A stretch of 64,000 nt of DNA from positions 2,790,001-2,854,000 of the forward strand of contig CAVNZM010000012.1 in the NCBI GenBank assembly GCA_963693365.1. Direction: 5' to 3'. Both the position numbers and the translations under genes were made by a program. The notes beneath the pieces were generated by a model, which saw only the letters and a program-made list of their open reading frames with translations, was not told the origin of the DNA and did no database searches. Within the stretch, counting starts at the first letter, position 1; each line of letters opens with the position of its first letter. Origin of the DNA: Amoebidium appalachense (taxonomy: Eukaryota > Protista > Ichthyosporea). Shown in pieces: positions 1 to 53,149 of this stretch.

Positions 1-55
<55 letters not shown>

Positions 56-69
56 ATATGTCTGTGTCT

Positions 70-137
<68 letters not shown>

Positions 138-211
138 ACTGAATGTGTTCGTGTATGTGTGTGTGTGTGCCTCTGCAGGTGTGTGTGTGTGTGCCTCTGC
201 AGGTGTGTGTG

Positions 212-243
<32 letters not shown>

Positions 244-447
244 CGTGTGTGCGCGTTCCCACGCCCGAGCTTGTGTATGGCGCATGTGCGTGATGGAAGG
301 GATATGAATGGGGTATGACATAGGTAATACTGTAAGAATATGCAAGGAAATGGCACATACACGGTTTGAAAGAAATGATGCATGGTGTGAGCATGTTGTG
401 TTCCAGCACATGAGTAAACATGGGTACGTGTGTGCGTGTGTGTGCGC

Positions 448-489
<42 letters not shown>

Positions 490-593
490 ATATGCACGTC
501 CGCATGCAGCACGTGTGTGTGTTCGTGTGCTTCCAGGGAAGGGGGGGGGGGGGGGGAGGAGGGGGGGGGGGGGGGGGTGGTGAATTAACACAC

Positions 594-8216
<7,623 letters not shown>

Positions 8217-8549
8217 CGTAAAGCGCTAATGTTGCTGTTGTGTTCGAAGGGTGGCAACCTATGGACTGCTGTCTGTGTGTGCGTTTATTGTGTGAGTATG
8301 ACACGCGCGAGTGCGTGTGCTTGTAAGTGAATGTTCTGTGTAAGATTTCACTAAGCTACTTTGCGTTTGAATAACATCGCTCAACTGGGAGAGAAGGGGG
8401 AAGGGCAGCAGTTGGAGCCAAGGCCTCCTAGGGAGATTAGGGGGACTTGGTTGAATGCAGGTGTCTCCCTAGACTAAAGGTTACAAAGATTTTGCTGATT
8501 GGTCGAGAATGTACCACTTAGGAATGCGCATGTTTTCGGGGCAGACTAG

Positions 8550-8590
<41 letters not shown>

Positions 8591-8759
8591 TCGCCCTCCC
8601 CTCCCCAGGACCTATGTATTCTCTTCTCCAGCGCTATGTATATCTAGATAAAATGAACTCATTGATTCTCAAAGGTTTAACCCTGCCTCTGTCATTCTCC
8701 GGCCTTCCATAGCCATGGCCCGTGGCACACTCGAGCTCTGAGTATTTATAAAGGGCTAG

Positions 8760-8790
<31 letters not shown>

Positions 8791-9181
8791 ATTGGGCCCC
8801 GTGCCTGACCTACATGGGGGTGGTAAATTTATTGCTAACGTTTACATGCGCATGGATGCATGTGTATGACGGTCATATATAACCATGGTGATAAGGCATT
8901 TCCACGTTTCCGTACCATCGCCGATGATGATCATGTCCACCACCGCCACCATGACAACATCATGGTGGACAGAGCTGAGCTGTCACCGTGGTAGATTAAA
9001 CACAACACAGAGGCTCAGCCCCCGGCCCACCACGACGCAGAGGAAATGCATTAATTTGAATGGTGGCCAGAGAGATATTGTATTATACATTTTAGCCGGT
9101 ACCTTTAGTGACCCACCAGCCTGAGGAAACCCCCGAACCATCAAAGGCTGATTGCTGCAACTGTTACTAATCCCGGGACCC

Positions 9182-9212
<31 letters not shown>

Positions 9213-9829
9213 AAAAAAAAAAAAAAAGGGGGAAAAAGGGGGGGGGGGGGGGGGGGGGGGGGATGGGGGGGGAGATAAGAAAAGAAAAACAAGAGAAACG
9301 AGAAACAGTAAAGATCCGTTGCCAGTAACGGTTCTATGTAATGCAAAAATGCAGAATAAATATGTACATGGAAAAGAAAATTGTTTTCCAGGCCACGTGG
9401 GACATGCCATGCAAGTTAAAAATTTATGACATGCATAACACATGACTCCACTTCTTTCTCGGCATCAAACCAAGTCCGACTCGATGTAACCGTACAACTG
9501 CCCGCTTGTTTACAAGACTATCCTTTGCATACAACTTCAACGCTAGCTTTTGGTAATTGAGAGCAGACCAAGGCCTCCTATATACAACAGTTAGTATATA
9601 GGAGGCCTTGGAGCAGACACTCCTAATCCATACATACACGCATTCGTTCAAATACATACTATGGTGATAGAGAAATAGATGAAGTGCTATCAACAATTTC
9701 TTTGCCATAATATTTTCAATACAAAGGCTAGCTAGAACTTCAGAAATATATCTGATGCAGAGTCTGCCAACTATAAATGCTGTGTAGCTGTGCATGTTTT
9801 TTTTTTGGGTGCGACGGCGTGTGTGTGTA

Positions 9830-9926
<97 letters not shown>

Positions 9927-9954
9927 AATACATAATTGTGTGCACGTGTGCAGA

Positions 9955-9988
<34 letters not shown>

Positions 9989-10088
9989 TGTGTGACGTGT
10001 CATACTGACAGTGTGTTGACCATCACAGATGAGGACCCTAAATCAACCGTACTTTTCAGCATGTTGGCAACCCTTTTCGTGCAAATAG

Positions 10089-33055
<22,967 letters not shown>

Positions 33056-33752
33056 CTTTATTATGCGTCACCGAGTCCACGACACAGTGCTTGCTGGTTG
33101 CCTGCTTCCGCCTGTATTTATAACCACTACAGTGCAAGTTTATATATTGTCCCTGGAGTCTGATCGCGATTCTCGGATAGATCTTTGAAACACGTGCCTA
33201 AATGTTCAGATGAATCTATTTGTATCAGTTGCACAGGTTTTTGGGTATTCATACACTGGCCTTTATTATCTGCTCATCACTCGTTAAACTACAATTGGTT
33301 TACTGTAGCTCCTATATTAGCTTTCAACGATTAGCATGTCTAGACATTAACCACTGCAAAGTAGGACGCGTTCGTGTACACGCGTGCACGTGTACAGCGG
33401 TCACAGAGTTCAAGATGTTTGCGCTATACGTACCGTTAACTTATGGAAAGGTTTTGTGCCTTGATTGGTGGAAAACACATCCTCGTACTTCAAGGTGATT
33501 GGTTTAGCGAGCATCGATATCTCTCTTTAAGTTACCCGACCTAGACCAGTAGTACTCCCGGATTGCTTCCTACTATCAACAATACATCGAAAAATTAAGC
33601 ACGGGAAAATAAAAACTAAAAAAAAAAAAAAAGGCATGTTTGTTTATTTATATGCTGTTTTGAATAAAGTATACACAAGCGTAACTGCAAGCCATGCTCG
33701 CGCAGAAGTATCTGGAACCTTCACTTTGGAACTTGGAAGGTCGTGATCACTT

Positions 33753-34130
33753 CCATATTTGGCTAATTTTGGGCGAACGGGCAGCCTAATCTGATTTGCC
33801 AAGATTAAATCTGGGACCGTAAGACAACGCTTGTCATCGGCTGGCCATTACAGTAAACTCCATTATATTTTTTTCTATATCAATAATATTTTAAACAAAA
33901 ATGTATACTTATACGTATTGTTGTTGTAAATAAACGAGGTGGTAATGTCTTGTGTTATTACGCCAGTGAGTGCACGTTTCATGATGCACAAACGCAAACA
34001 ACGACAGCATTTTTCTTTTAATCCTAACCAATCCGCAGAAAGACGCTAATCATAACAACCAATCATCAATGCACATTACTTCCATATATGGCACTAGCAT
34101 AAATAGCAAACAATAATGCGTCCAATCATA
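33753..34130 (+). promoter_or_regulatory. Putative promoter of the TRIM-like gene (divergent from RBM19): two CArG boxes, three CCAAT boxes, TATA-like element
   Basis: CCATATTTGG at 33753-33762 and CCATATATGG at 34082-34091. CCAATC at ~34028, ~34059 and ~34122. CATAAATAG at ~34098. The region is AT-rich and almost free of microsatellites. Confidence 0.5.
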
Positions 34131-35416
34131 GCGCAGCACGCTTTGCACTCCTGCTTGCTCCAACCGCCGCTTGCTCTCAGTCTCAAAGAAGCGGTCAGTC
34201 TGTCGGTTAAACGTTGGAAACGTTTTTCTTTCGTTTGTACTTCAGGTTTTTTTTTCAGTTTTAGCCCTGTTACAAGGTTTGTAAATTTTTAAGGTAGTGT
34301 ACAGCCTGCTCTTTTAATCTCTTCTCAAGCATAAACGACTTGGGAGCTTCTTGGAAGTGGGCCGTTCAAAGTCTCTGACGGCCAATATTTCAAGCAAATA
34401 TGAAACTGCCAGTTGAGCTTTTTTTCCCGACCACGTCTGACCTACGCTTTCTTTATGTATAAGAGTTGTGCGTGGTATGAGCACTGAAACCCCATTATAG
34501 GATACCTAACTAGGTTGGCATAGCAGAAGAGTCTTAGAGCCAGCTAAGAGCTATAGCTACCGCGGAGAGGTGCACCAACCTTTTTAACACACAACCAGCC
34601 ACAGACGAGATGCCCTGACAGGTAGTGTTCTTGGCACGTGCGTGTGGTGTGTGTGTGCGTGTGTGTGTGTTTGGGGGGGGGAGGGAGGGGGAGACGTTAG
34701 GGTTAACCTGCTTAATACTTATTTCTTTGAACCTTATGAATTCTGATAGTTAGTTTGTGACTAGAGTTTACCGGTTAGCCTCTTTTATGTCAGTGCTCGC
34801 TAGATACCCAGGTGTTGCTGGGTGACAAGCTGGATGTGCAACAAGATGCTGTTACCTGGAGGTTGTGTGCATGTTTGCGCGCCCATGTGTGCATTTTGTA
34901 TGTGTGTTAGTGTGTGTCTGCACATGTGTGTGGTGACCGGGTTACAGGTTGTATTTTTGCAGCTCTTGCATGAATTGTGCATTGCATGTTCGGTTGTCTT
35001 TGTCTACGTGAACGTTCTCTTATAAAAGTTTATGACACGACCTTGCTGCCTACCATTTCAGCGTCTCTTCCATCTCCCTTGCTTTTTCTCTGGGCTAACA
35101 CGAACGAGTAAATTTTGAGTCCTAACGGGGATTTAGTTCTTTGGAAACCCTCTTGATTTTTCATTCCAGCAATCTTTCTGGAGGTTGATTCTAGCTTTAA
35201 ATGAAAACATCAATTGAACGGTGACAGGTTCGGTTCTCTGGTATGCCAAAGCGGTCTCAATTTTTGTTTTGTGTAGCCGCTTTATACTTTACTGCTGTGT
35301 CTCTTCCATCGCTCTCTTTCCATTTTTTCCTCTTGGAGTTCGAAAGACCTTTTCCAACAATTACTGTTGTTAGTCGTAAGAACTACATAACTTACCCAAG
35401 ATTCCTGCAGTTTAGA

Positions 35417-36295
35417 ATGGACGATAAACCTGGGAGCGAGCCCGGAGGTGGGGGTCCGGATGGCCCCCACAAACTGGGGGCAAAACGAAGTTATTCTTTT
35501 CAGAAGGAGACGGAGACCATGGGTGAGGGGAGGTTTGACAGGCCGGTGGGCCGACACCCTTCAAACGACGACAACCCCCCAGTGGTAGGTGTTGAACTCT
35601 CTCTCTCTGTGTGTGTGTGTGTGTGTGTGTGTTTCTATGTTCGTGTTGCTCGATGTTTTCTGTTCTTTGAGTAGAACCTCTGTGTAATGAGTGCAGGACT
35701 CTACGTGTCCCTGATAGCTAACGCCCGCCCACAGTCGTTTCTTTTATTTGATTTTCCGCCTAAAGCTTTCGCTGGCTCTCTCATTTCACTCCTTCTGGAG
35801 ACGAACAGCCATGTGGCTCTGTTCATTCCACTTTTTTTTTTGTTTTGTTTTGCTATGTTTACCGATGTACTTAACCATGCTATTTCTCTCATTCCAATTC
35901 ACAAGTAGGTTTTTCTTGGTCTCTTTTAGTTTCCGTCTACCTTTCTGACGCGCGCACACACACACACACACACGCACACAGACACATACACACAATCCCT
36001 GATAGCTATCACTCCTGTTGTCCTGTGTTGCCTCTGTTCCTTTTTTTTTTTTCCCCTTCCTTCTGTCGGAGCTCTCCTCCCTCCATCCCACCCAACTACC
36101 TTTCCTCCCTAAAGACAACACACATACACACACACACACACACATACATTAATACCCGTATGTGCCACTTGCTGATTTGCTGAGAATCCCCCCTCCCCCC
36201 CTTCATCTCCCCACCTTCCAGGGAACCTCATCCCCAGCCCATCCCCCCCTATTACAACCACCACCACTCTCTTTTCCTCTTTCTTCTGCCCTCTC

Positions 36296-36331
<36 letters not shown>

Positions 36332-37833
36332 CCCCTCCCTCCCTTCCCCTCCCCTCCCCTCTCCGCCTTTCTGTCCCCTCTTTTCCTTTTCAGGCGCCCC
36401 AGAGGCGAACAAGCGGTGGTGGTTCGACAGGCGGAGGCTCCTACCGGGGGAGTGGGGGTGGGCCGGACCTCACCTCGTGTATCATGTGTTCGTCGATATT
36501 TTCCACCCCCACACGTGTGCTCATATGCCAACACTATTTTTGTGAGACGTGTTTGAGCCAGCGTGCGGCCAGTACCCCCGAAATAGTTTGCCCCCTTTGT
36601 AGCCAAATCACGCGGATACCAAATGTGGCAAGTGGAGTGTCGTCGCTACCGACAAATGAGGCGATTAACGGGCTTGTGGAAGCGAAAAGAACACATTCCG
36701 CGATGGAAAAGTGTTCGGCGCACGACCGGAAAATGAAGTTTGTGTGCGAACGGTGCGCTGTGGCGGTATGTAGCAGCTGTGCCGTAGACGAGCACAAGGG
36801 CCATCCAATGACAAATCAGGAGGAGATATTATCTCTCATCGGATTGGTCGAGACTCGAAAAGCGGTTGTCGCGCACAGTGCGTTTGTCGCGTGGGAGCAA
36901 GTGACCCACCATTTTCAAAAACTGAGAGAGGCGATAGACGCGAGAGAACGTGTGCTTCTTTCCCAACTCTACCAAGGGGAAAAGAGTCTTTTAGCTGCAC
37001 TTAGCTCTTTGGCCAAAGACATGCAACAATTGGCGGTATCAGGTCACACACGGAGAGAGGGATCGAGCCCTCCCCGGCTAGATACCGCGGCGCTTTGGCA
37101 GGCGAGGGAGCTCGAGGGGAGACCGTGGCGGGTTCGTGCGGACGTAAGAGACATAGAACCCCTCACGGCACAATTGGCGGCGGTGGGAAATTGTACCTTG
37201 GATCCCCCTCTCACTGCATTTTCAGCACCGGCGCCACCGCGGCCGTCGCAGGTGCCCCCGGCACCTGTTATATCTCCATCACAGGTATGTAGAGCTCTAC
37301 TACTAGACAACCCGTTTACACTGCTCATACTAATGCTTCATTACGGCAACACACACACACACACACACACACACATCACATACACGGCTCACCCTGTACC
37401 CAATATGCCCTGGTTGCAATGTACCCACCAACACACCTACCTGTGCCTGTATTTTGCTGTCTAGTCCTCCCTTCCCCTACCTCTCTTTTCTCTCTCTCTC
37501 TATCTCTCCTCTCTCTCTCCCTCTCTCCTCGTCTCTCTTTCCCCTTTTCCTTTTTATGTGTTTGTGTTTGTGGTTTTTTTTTTTTTTTTTTTTTTTTGGG
37601 GGGGGGGGGGGGGAGGGGGGGGAGGGGGGAGGGGGGTTCTAACCTACCGCCGTGTGTGCACATGGGTTCGTGCCTACATTGCATTGTCGGGTCTCTTCGA
37701 TTGTTTGCACCCTGTATGGTGCACAAGCAGAGGCTAGTACGATTGGGTGGGTGTGTTCTGCTTTGGGTTTTTTTAACCTCACTTTTTGCGTCTTTGATTA
37801 GAGAGCGGGTGTGTTGGCAGCCCGTGTGTGTGT

Positions 37834-37885
<52 letters not shown>

Positions 37886-38220
37886 ACCTGCATTGGTCAG
37901 AAAGCAAATGGCATGTGGTCTTGGGGTTTGAGATTGGTTTGGGGGGAGGGGGGGGAGAGAGACTGATATATCGTATGCGGGTGTGTGTGTCTGTGTGTGT
38001 GCACCTGTACCTGCACCTAAGGGAGTTGTAAGTGGGGGACCCTACTGCCCATCTGCTCTTGTTGTTTCTGGGTGATCGTTGGCTTTTTTTCTATCGTTCA
38101 ACCTTCTATTTCCCTGTCCTTTCTTTCGCTCTTCCCCTCACATCCTCTTGATTTCTCCAGTTCTGCCTCCCTCCCCATCTCCCAACCCCTTTCTCGCTCT
38201 ACCATCCCCTCCTCCCCTCC

Positions 38221-38251
<31 letters not shown>

Positions 38252-38622
38252 TGCCCTCTCTCTCCAACCCCCTTTCTCGCTCTACCATTCCCCACCCCCC
38301 TCTCCCTATCCTTTCCTTGCCTCTCCCTCCTCCCATCTCTCTTCCTTCCTGGCCGGTGGCAGCGATGGTTTGTTTGAGTGTGTAGGTGAGGAGGAAGGGG
38401 GGGGGGGGGGGGGAGGCATATTGAGGGCGCATGGATTTGAAGGAAGAGATTAGTGAATGAAGGGTAGACGGTATAACTTCCGGACTCCTTTCTCTTTCTC
38501 ATGCTCATGTTATCCCCCTCACCCCTCCTCCTACTTCCTTCATTGCATTTGTTCTTGTTTTCTCCTTTCTTTTTTTTTTCTATTGGCAAAATCCCTTTCG
38601 CTGAAATTGGTCTGTGGAGGCC

Positions 38623-38660
<38 letters not shown>

Positions 38661-38696
38661 GTCGCTTTTCCAACTGTTGTAGTGTGAGCTCTTAGT

Positions 38697-38740
<44 letters not shown>

Positions 38741-38940
38741 TTTGGGTGGGGATATGCCGTCGGGTTTTGAAAGAATGAGGTTAGTCTGGTAGTCGTGGGG
38801 TTCTGTGGTGACTGACTTGCATGTTTTAAGTGCATTGTGATGATAATCGTGGGCGAATCATAAGCCTGGGTATCCGGTTGCAAGTTTTTTCCTCTTTTTC
38901 ACATGTTTTGCCCATCGTTCCCTCTTTTGGGGTGCTATGC

Positions 38941-38971
<31 letters not shown>

Positions 38972-40108
38972 GGAACCACTCAGCAAAGAAGTGGCAAAAT
39001 TAGTACTCATGCTAACACACGGCTATATTTGCAGGCGCAAATGGGCCAACCGGGCCACGTGGCAAAGAAACCCCGACCCGACCCGTCACCCCACGGGTCG
39101 ATGCACCCACCGCACGCAGACCAACGCCAACCCATATATGGAAATGGCGAAGTGTTCAAAAACAACACCATGCCACCCCCCCAGTTCGAACCCCAACACA
39201 CAAACCACCACCAGCCCCCACCCGCACACAACCCCCAAGGAGGTTATGGGGCCCCCATGCAACCACCACCGCAAGCCAATCATGTGTGGTCTAACCAGAA
39301 TATGGTTCCGCATCCGAGCGAATATTCGGGTCAGATGCCGGGTGGAATGGTCATGACAAGCAACCAACCACAACACACGCAGCATCCCGTTGCTATGCGA
39401 CCACCGCATCCCCAAATGACTTCAAGCCAATCAACACCGAGCACCGTCGCCCCGATGGATCAATCGCAGCATGTGGGCCACCGATTCGTTTACCCTCCTC
39501 AGCCGGTGCACCCGGTGAATTCTGTTCATGACAAGCCACCAATAGGGACAATGGGTCCCCCGCAGACGGCTTCCGGAATGCGCCCGCCCGTCCCACCCGT
39601 TTCCAGCATGCCCCCACCCCCAGGGCCTGGTGTAGGTGTTCAAGCCCCACCACATCCGCCCGGTCAGGTGGTGTTTAGTCTCCCCGCACCAACCGGCCTA
39701 CGGCACCCAATTGGTCATATGGTGCCCCCACCTCAGAGACAGCCCCCATTATCGAAGAAACCTCGGGTGAGACGCACGAACCAACAGCTACAGAGGGATT
39801 TTGCGTGTACTTACCCTGGGTGTGGGAGGATGTATGCGTCACAGAGATCCCTTGTGCAGCATCGGCATATTAAACACCCCGATTGGAGACACGAACATAA
39901 TGAGAAGATACCTATGTTCGATCGCGATCGGAAAATGTCGACGTCGGCGGATAGTAATGGCGATATGGATGGGGATGGGAGCGAGACGGAGTTGGATGAG
40001 GGAGAGAGTGATCACCATGACAACCATTACCCTAATAGTTATGCGTATGGAAAGACGGGGAATAATGTGTCGGAGGGTGAGGGTGCGCGAAGTATCACGA
40101 GCATGTAG
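35417..40108 (+). CDS. RING-B-box-coiled-coil (TRIM-like) protein with a Pro/Gln/His-rich region and a C-terminal C2H2 zinc finger (~710 aa)
   Basis: Exons 35417-35584 (donor GTAGGT), 36394-37284 (donor GTATGT) and 39035-40108, all joined in phase 0. C3HC4 RING: CIMC...CQHYFCETC...CPLC. B-box2: CSAH...CERC...CSSC...HKGH. Coiled coil: HFQKLREAIDARERVLLSQL. C2H2: FACTYPGCGRMYASQRSLVQHRHIKH. The exon 2 to exon 3 join is inferred from splice signals only. Confidence 0.78.
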
Positions 40109-41917
40109 TTGCGGTAGAAAGCACGCGCAACATAAATGGGACACACACCTGCGTACATAAACACCTGCGCATACGTGTGCACATGCACACACGTGCATCC
40201 ACATGCGCGCGCACACACACACACACGCACGCACCAGGTTTAACGTTCTGCCTTTTCAAAGAATACACTCACGCAACACTAATGTATTTGTATTAAAGCT
40301 AGCACAACCATTTATTGTATAGTTCTTGACATCACAAACACCATTTGCATCTGACTAGTATATCTTGATGATAAGGCGCAGTAAAACATTAATCGTTTAC
40401 GAAGTTGTTCGAATGGATCTGATGTATGGTATAATGTAGTAACCGATTGGCTTTGATAGTATGCATTCCAGAGGGGGTGTTATTGTAGGAAAGTTGGTGA
40501 AAGGCGAATATCCAGCAATGTATGAATGTTGTTGCTCCATTCAGAATATTAATATGTGAATGTGATGGGTTTGTAAAGTTTTCCACAACTGCTACTTGGT
40601 AGCGAGTGATTTTTCGTAACCGGCCCTGAGTGGACTTAATATAGACTCACGGTCACATCAGCTGTGACAGATCAAGATATGGCTTATGGTGTCACTGTCA
40701 CTGGTCTAACCCTGAGGATCCAATTTGCGGAGGACCCCCCTCCCCCCCCCCCCCCCCCCCTCCCTGATATGGGCTCTTTTCAGGAGGGTAAAAGAAAAGG
40801 AAAAAAAAGTGCGTAAACCGTTTTCAAGAGTCTACTGCCTGCACACTTACATTGCTTGATGTCTGGTTTCTCGTTTGTGACGTTTTGTTGTTGTCCTCTG
40901 GTGTCTCCTTCATCTTTCCACCCCTCTAACACATACATACATCAAACCCCCCCCCCCCCTCCCCCCCCCCCCCCTCCCCCCCCCCCCCCCCCCCACAAAA
41001 AAAAAAAAAAAAAAAAAGGATATATGGTGTGGGCCGGGCAATAGGAACTAGTGGTGTAAGGAAGCCATGCACGTTGTATGGGGTGGGGGATGAAGGCGGG
41101 GCTGTTGAGCAGGAGTAAGTGAATAGAAAAGGCCGGACGAGAAAGACAAGAGGATGCATGTTTCCCGCCAGCTGAGATCTATAGCTATTCAGCCAATAAC
41201 AACACCTGCCGCCCAAAAAAAAAAAAACCATTCACATACAAGATAAATAAAAAATAGAAAATAAAAAGATCCTGGCCGGAAAGCCGGAATATGGTCATGA
41301 CTATGTATAGAAATGGTGCCTAATCGATCCAGGTGGGGGGGGGGGGGTTTGGGTTGTTGGGGGGGGGGGGGGGGGGGGGGGGGGTAAATTACAAGGCTTT
41401 ACCGGTACCGTAGGCTGTACGGCACACGTACGACCGTCACGGACATATGTTATCATTACTGAGCTCTCCGCTGGATTGGCTGCGAGATTTAAAGCACAGA
41501 AAAAGAGACGCCATGTAATGCATTGAGAGCTATGAACGACGCTGTGAAGGCATACAATGGCAAGTTGAATAAATCCAGCTGTATGCACAGCTCGGTTAAT
41601 GATTCCCGAGACTGCCGATGCCCGGATAGTCACCATGTATACGTAGAATTGCAGTCAATCTTGTCTTTTCTAGAATTCACAAAACGGTACTCCAAGTAAT
41701 ATTATAATATGAGGCAACGGATCACCAAGAAAAACAACTGAGTCAGAATAAATTCGGGACACCAAACGAAGTGCAGCAAGAAACAATTGAGTAGACTAAT
41801 AAATGATTGTCTGAGAAGCGATCCGATGTGCACGGATCCTTTGATATTGGGGTAATCTTAGATTTTAGGTGTTTGACGTCGACACAGTGTTCATGTCACT
41901 GTGTGTGTGTGTGTGTC

Positions 41918-41958
<41 letters not shown>

Positions 41959-42004
41959 GTGTGTGTGTGTGTCACAGTGTGTGTGTGAGAGAGAAAGAGT
42001 GAGT

Positions 42005-42037
<33 letters not shown>

Positions 42038-42939
42038 CGTGTGTGTGTCTGTGTGCGGGAATCTGGCTCTCTGTGCATGTGTGCGCCTCCGAGCGCGCCC
42101 AAGTAGGAGTGCTTTTATTTGAAGGGGTTGAGGGCGCAAGGGGTGGGGGGGGGGGGGGGGGGGGTTAGGGAGGAGGAAAGCGAGGCCAGCAATTCGGGAG
42201 AAGGGGGTTGAAGGTGTGTACACTGACATACTGATGTCTAATCTATTTTTACTTTGGCCCTTATTTTCAGTGTCGTATACCATATATGGCTATGTACATG
42301 TGTGACTTTTGTCCAATCGGTAGGGTGGATCCGGCCCACACTGCTGAGAAAATGTGACACGTGTGGCTGAATCTCACGGGATATGTTTTAACCCCTTTGG
42401 GTGTGGTATGCCGAGTAGTTCAAAAATGTTCTTGTTAAAGCAAACTATTTCTAAAAACACCACAAGTAAACAAAACCAAAAGAACAAGAAGCAAAAATGT
42501 CTATTACTGACTGACGAAAAAACAACATTACAGGAGCGCTTTACGGACATAAGCACTTGTTATGCTCATCACTTAAACCCAGCACTCCACACACATCTAA
42601 CAACTAAACAAATACGGTTAGGGCAACTATTCCCACACTTCATACCAACCATTCTAATCCCATCAACACATTCCCTAGCTGCCACAGAAATGCAGACACT
42701 CATTATCACAACCACACACATATGCCCCCCCCCCCCCCCCCCCCCCCCCTGCCCGCCCTGCGTGTGACGTAATTATATCTATATGCACAATGCACTAGAC
42801 GTTCATTCATAGTTTTCAGACATCTACATCCGAGCAACATTCCAACCCAAACTGGCGGCTGGTAGCTCACGTCCCACATCCAGCCACAGACACCCCCAGG
42901 CAGTGGCTCCGAATTGGGTCGACTGGACCGGCCCGTATA

Positions 42940-51442
<8,503 letters not shown>

Positions 51443-51859
51443 TGTGCCGTGTCGGTCACAACATGCCGCCCAGGAAGCACTACCAGAAAGCCCGCCGGAC
51501 TACGAACTTACTCCCTAGAAGTGAAAACTAAAACACTAGCTTTGCGTGCCTTTGGCGTGTAAGGAATTCGAGGATCTGGGCTAATAAAGAGCAAGTCAAC
51601 CTTAGAATTCCCACTGGCAACCAACGTACCACTGTCAAGGGTTTTTGCTCAAACGTGACCTGTTCCCCTCATAATTTAGAGATAATAAACCATCGCCCTT
51701 CTGCTCCTCCTTCACAACAACCTGACACACATTCTACCCTTATTTTTCCCTCAAAAAACCACGGGAAAAACAAAGTTCAAGTGCGTGTGGAATGATATGT
51801 GGATGCGTTGCCAACGTTGCTGGGCTGTTTTCGCTTGGAAACACACAAGAGGGAGCCGT

Positions 51860-52000
51860 GCGCCGATTGGTTAACTTGGAGGAGGGCAAACCCGATCGCG
51901 CACCCGGCGATCAATCACATATCGCCTAATGATTACGTCGATCTGATTGGCTGGGAAGAGCTGCCAATAGATGTATCCTCCAATCATTCAGGCTATAAAG
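51860..52000. promoter_or_regulatory. CCAAT-box cluster upstream of the epimerase gene
   Basis: ATTGG at ~51866 and ~51946, CCAAT at ~51964 and ~51980, roughly 450 bp upstream of the ATG. Confidence 0.4.
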
Positions 52001-52039
52001 TTACGCAAAATGCTCTATCTTGTGTAATCAACATTCCTG

Positions 52040-53020
52040 GTAAGATCACTACCCGGCGCCCGCTGGCCGTCAGGCTGAGTTTTTGATTGTGTGTACTTTA
52101 CCCCTTCTCGCCGCTTGGATCAAGAAAGAGAGAACTAGAGCGCTTAAACCCTTGGCAAATTTCCTTGAAGCAGAAGTTGCCTCCTTTCTATCTAACAACT
52201 GTTGTAAACCTGGGCCTGTAACGCTCTCGATATATGGTCTGGTCCCAATAGCTGCTAGAGTATCCTATCTCGCGCTGAAATTCAATAAGCACATAAGCCG
52301 CTTAAAGAAGTATTTGCCCTCCCACCCTCTCTTCTCTATCCGACCTGTCCCCTCCTCACCTCTCCCCTCTTTCCTCCCCTCTCTCTCCCCTTCTCCCCTG
52401 GGCACAAATACAAATAAACCCCGCAATAGTGTGTGTGTGACTTTGGACTGCCACTTACTTATTAAACATGTACACAATCACAAGATAATCACGCAATATA
52501 ACAAATGGAAAAAGATACCACACGACACTAGACCCGATGAAAGCATACACCTTGAAAAACTAAGCCTTATGTCTCGTTTTATATATACTGACCGCCTCAA
52601 CCATATTGCCAAATATGGCACTCGCAAGTGTATAACACCTAAATACATATTACCTTCCTGTAGAACTGGTCTTTCTCTAGCTGATGGTATTATTGATCAA
52701 TTACCACGCTTTTACTGTACACGTGCTATACAGTGGAGATCTAATAAGTATAAGGTGGCATCATTTGCATGCCCAAACAACACACACACACACCAGTTTA
52801 ACCGGTCATGTATCGCCAAATGTAGTTTGATAGACCACATAATACCGCAACACACACACGTCACATTCACAACAGACACCCAGAAAGATAGCCTACCTGT
52901 AAATTACAACATCCTTGATTTTATACTAAACACGCGTAACTACGACCTGTTTATTAGATGTATTGATTGGCTTGAGAAACACATCACTACAAAATTATAG
53001 CGCACGCGCACACACACACA

Positions 53021-53071
<51 letters not shown>

Positions 53072-53103
53072 CCAGCTGATACCGAGTGTCCCGAGGGGAG
53101 CCC

Positions 53104-53148
<45 letters not shown>
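52040..53148 (+). mobile_element. Probable 5'-truncated non-LTR retrotransposon remnant (post-RT C-terminal region, 3' UTR, A-tail)
   Basis: Intronless 305-codon ORF 52083-53000 with no ATG start, in a window where all real genes are spliced. Its sequence (LKPLANFL..., GLVPIAARVSYLALKF, CPNNTHTHQFNRSC, ILDFILN) recalls the region after the RT domain in LINEs, judged from memory only. It is followed by (CA)n, a short GC-rich segment and an A-run at 53108-53148. No RT core motif and no TSD were seen. Confidence 0.45.

Positions 53149-53149
<1 letters not shown>

Noticed and set aside
34696-34708. TTAGGG telomere-like motif
   Set aside because: Single unit only.
53071-53107. Possible ribozyme at the 3' end of the LINE-like element (CTGATACCGAG...)
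   Set aside because: It lacks the hammerhead CTGANGA/GAAA core and no convincing HDV-like fold was seen.
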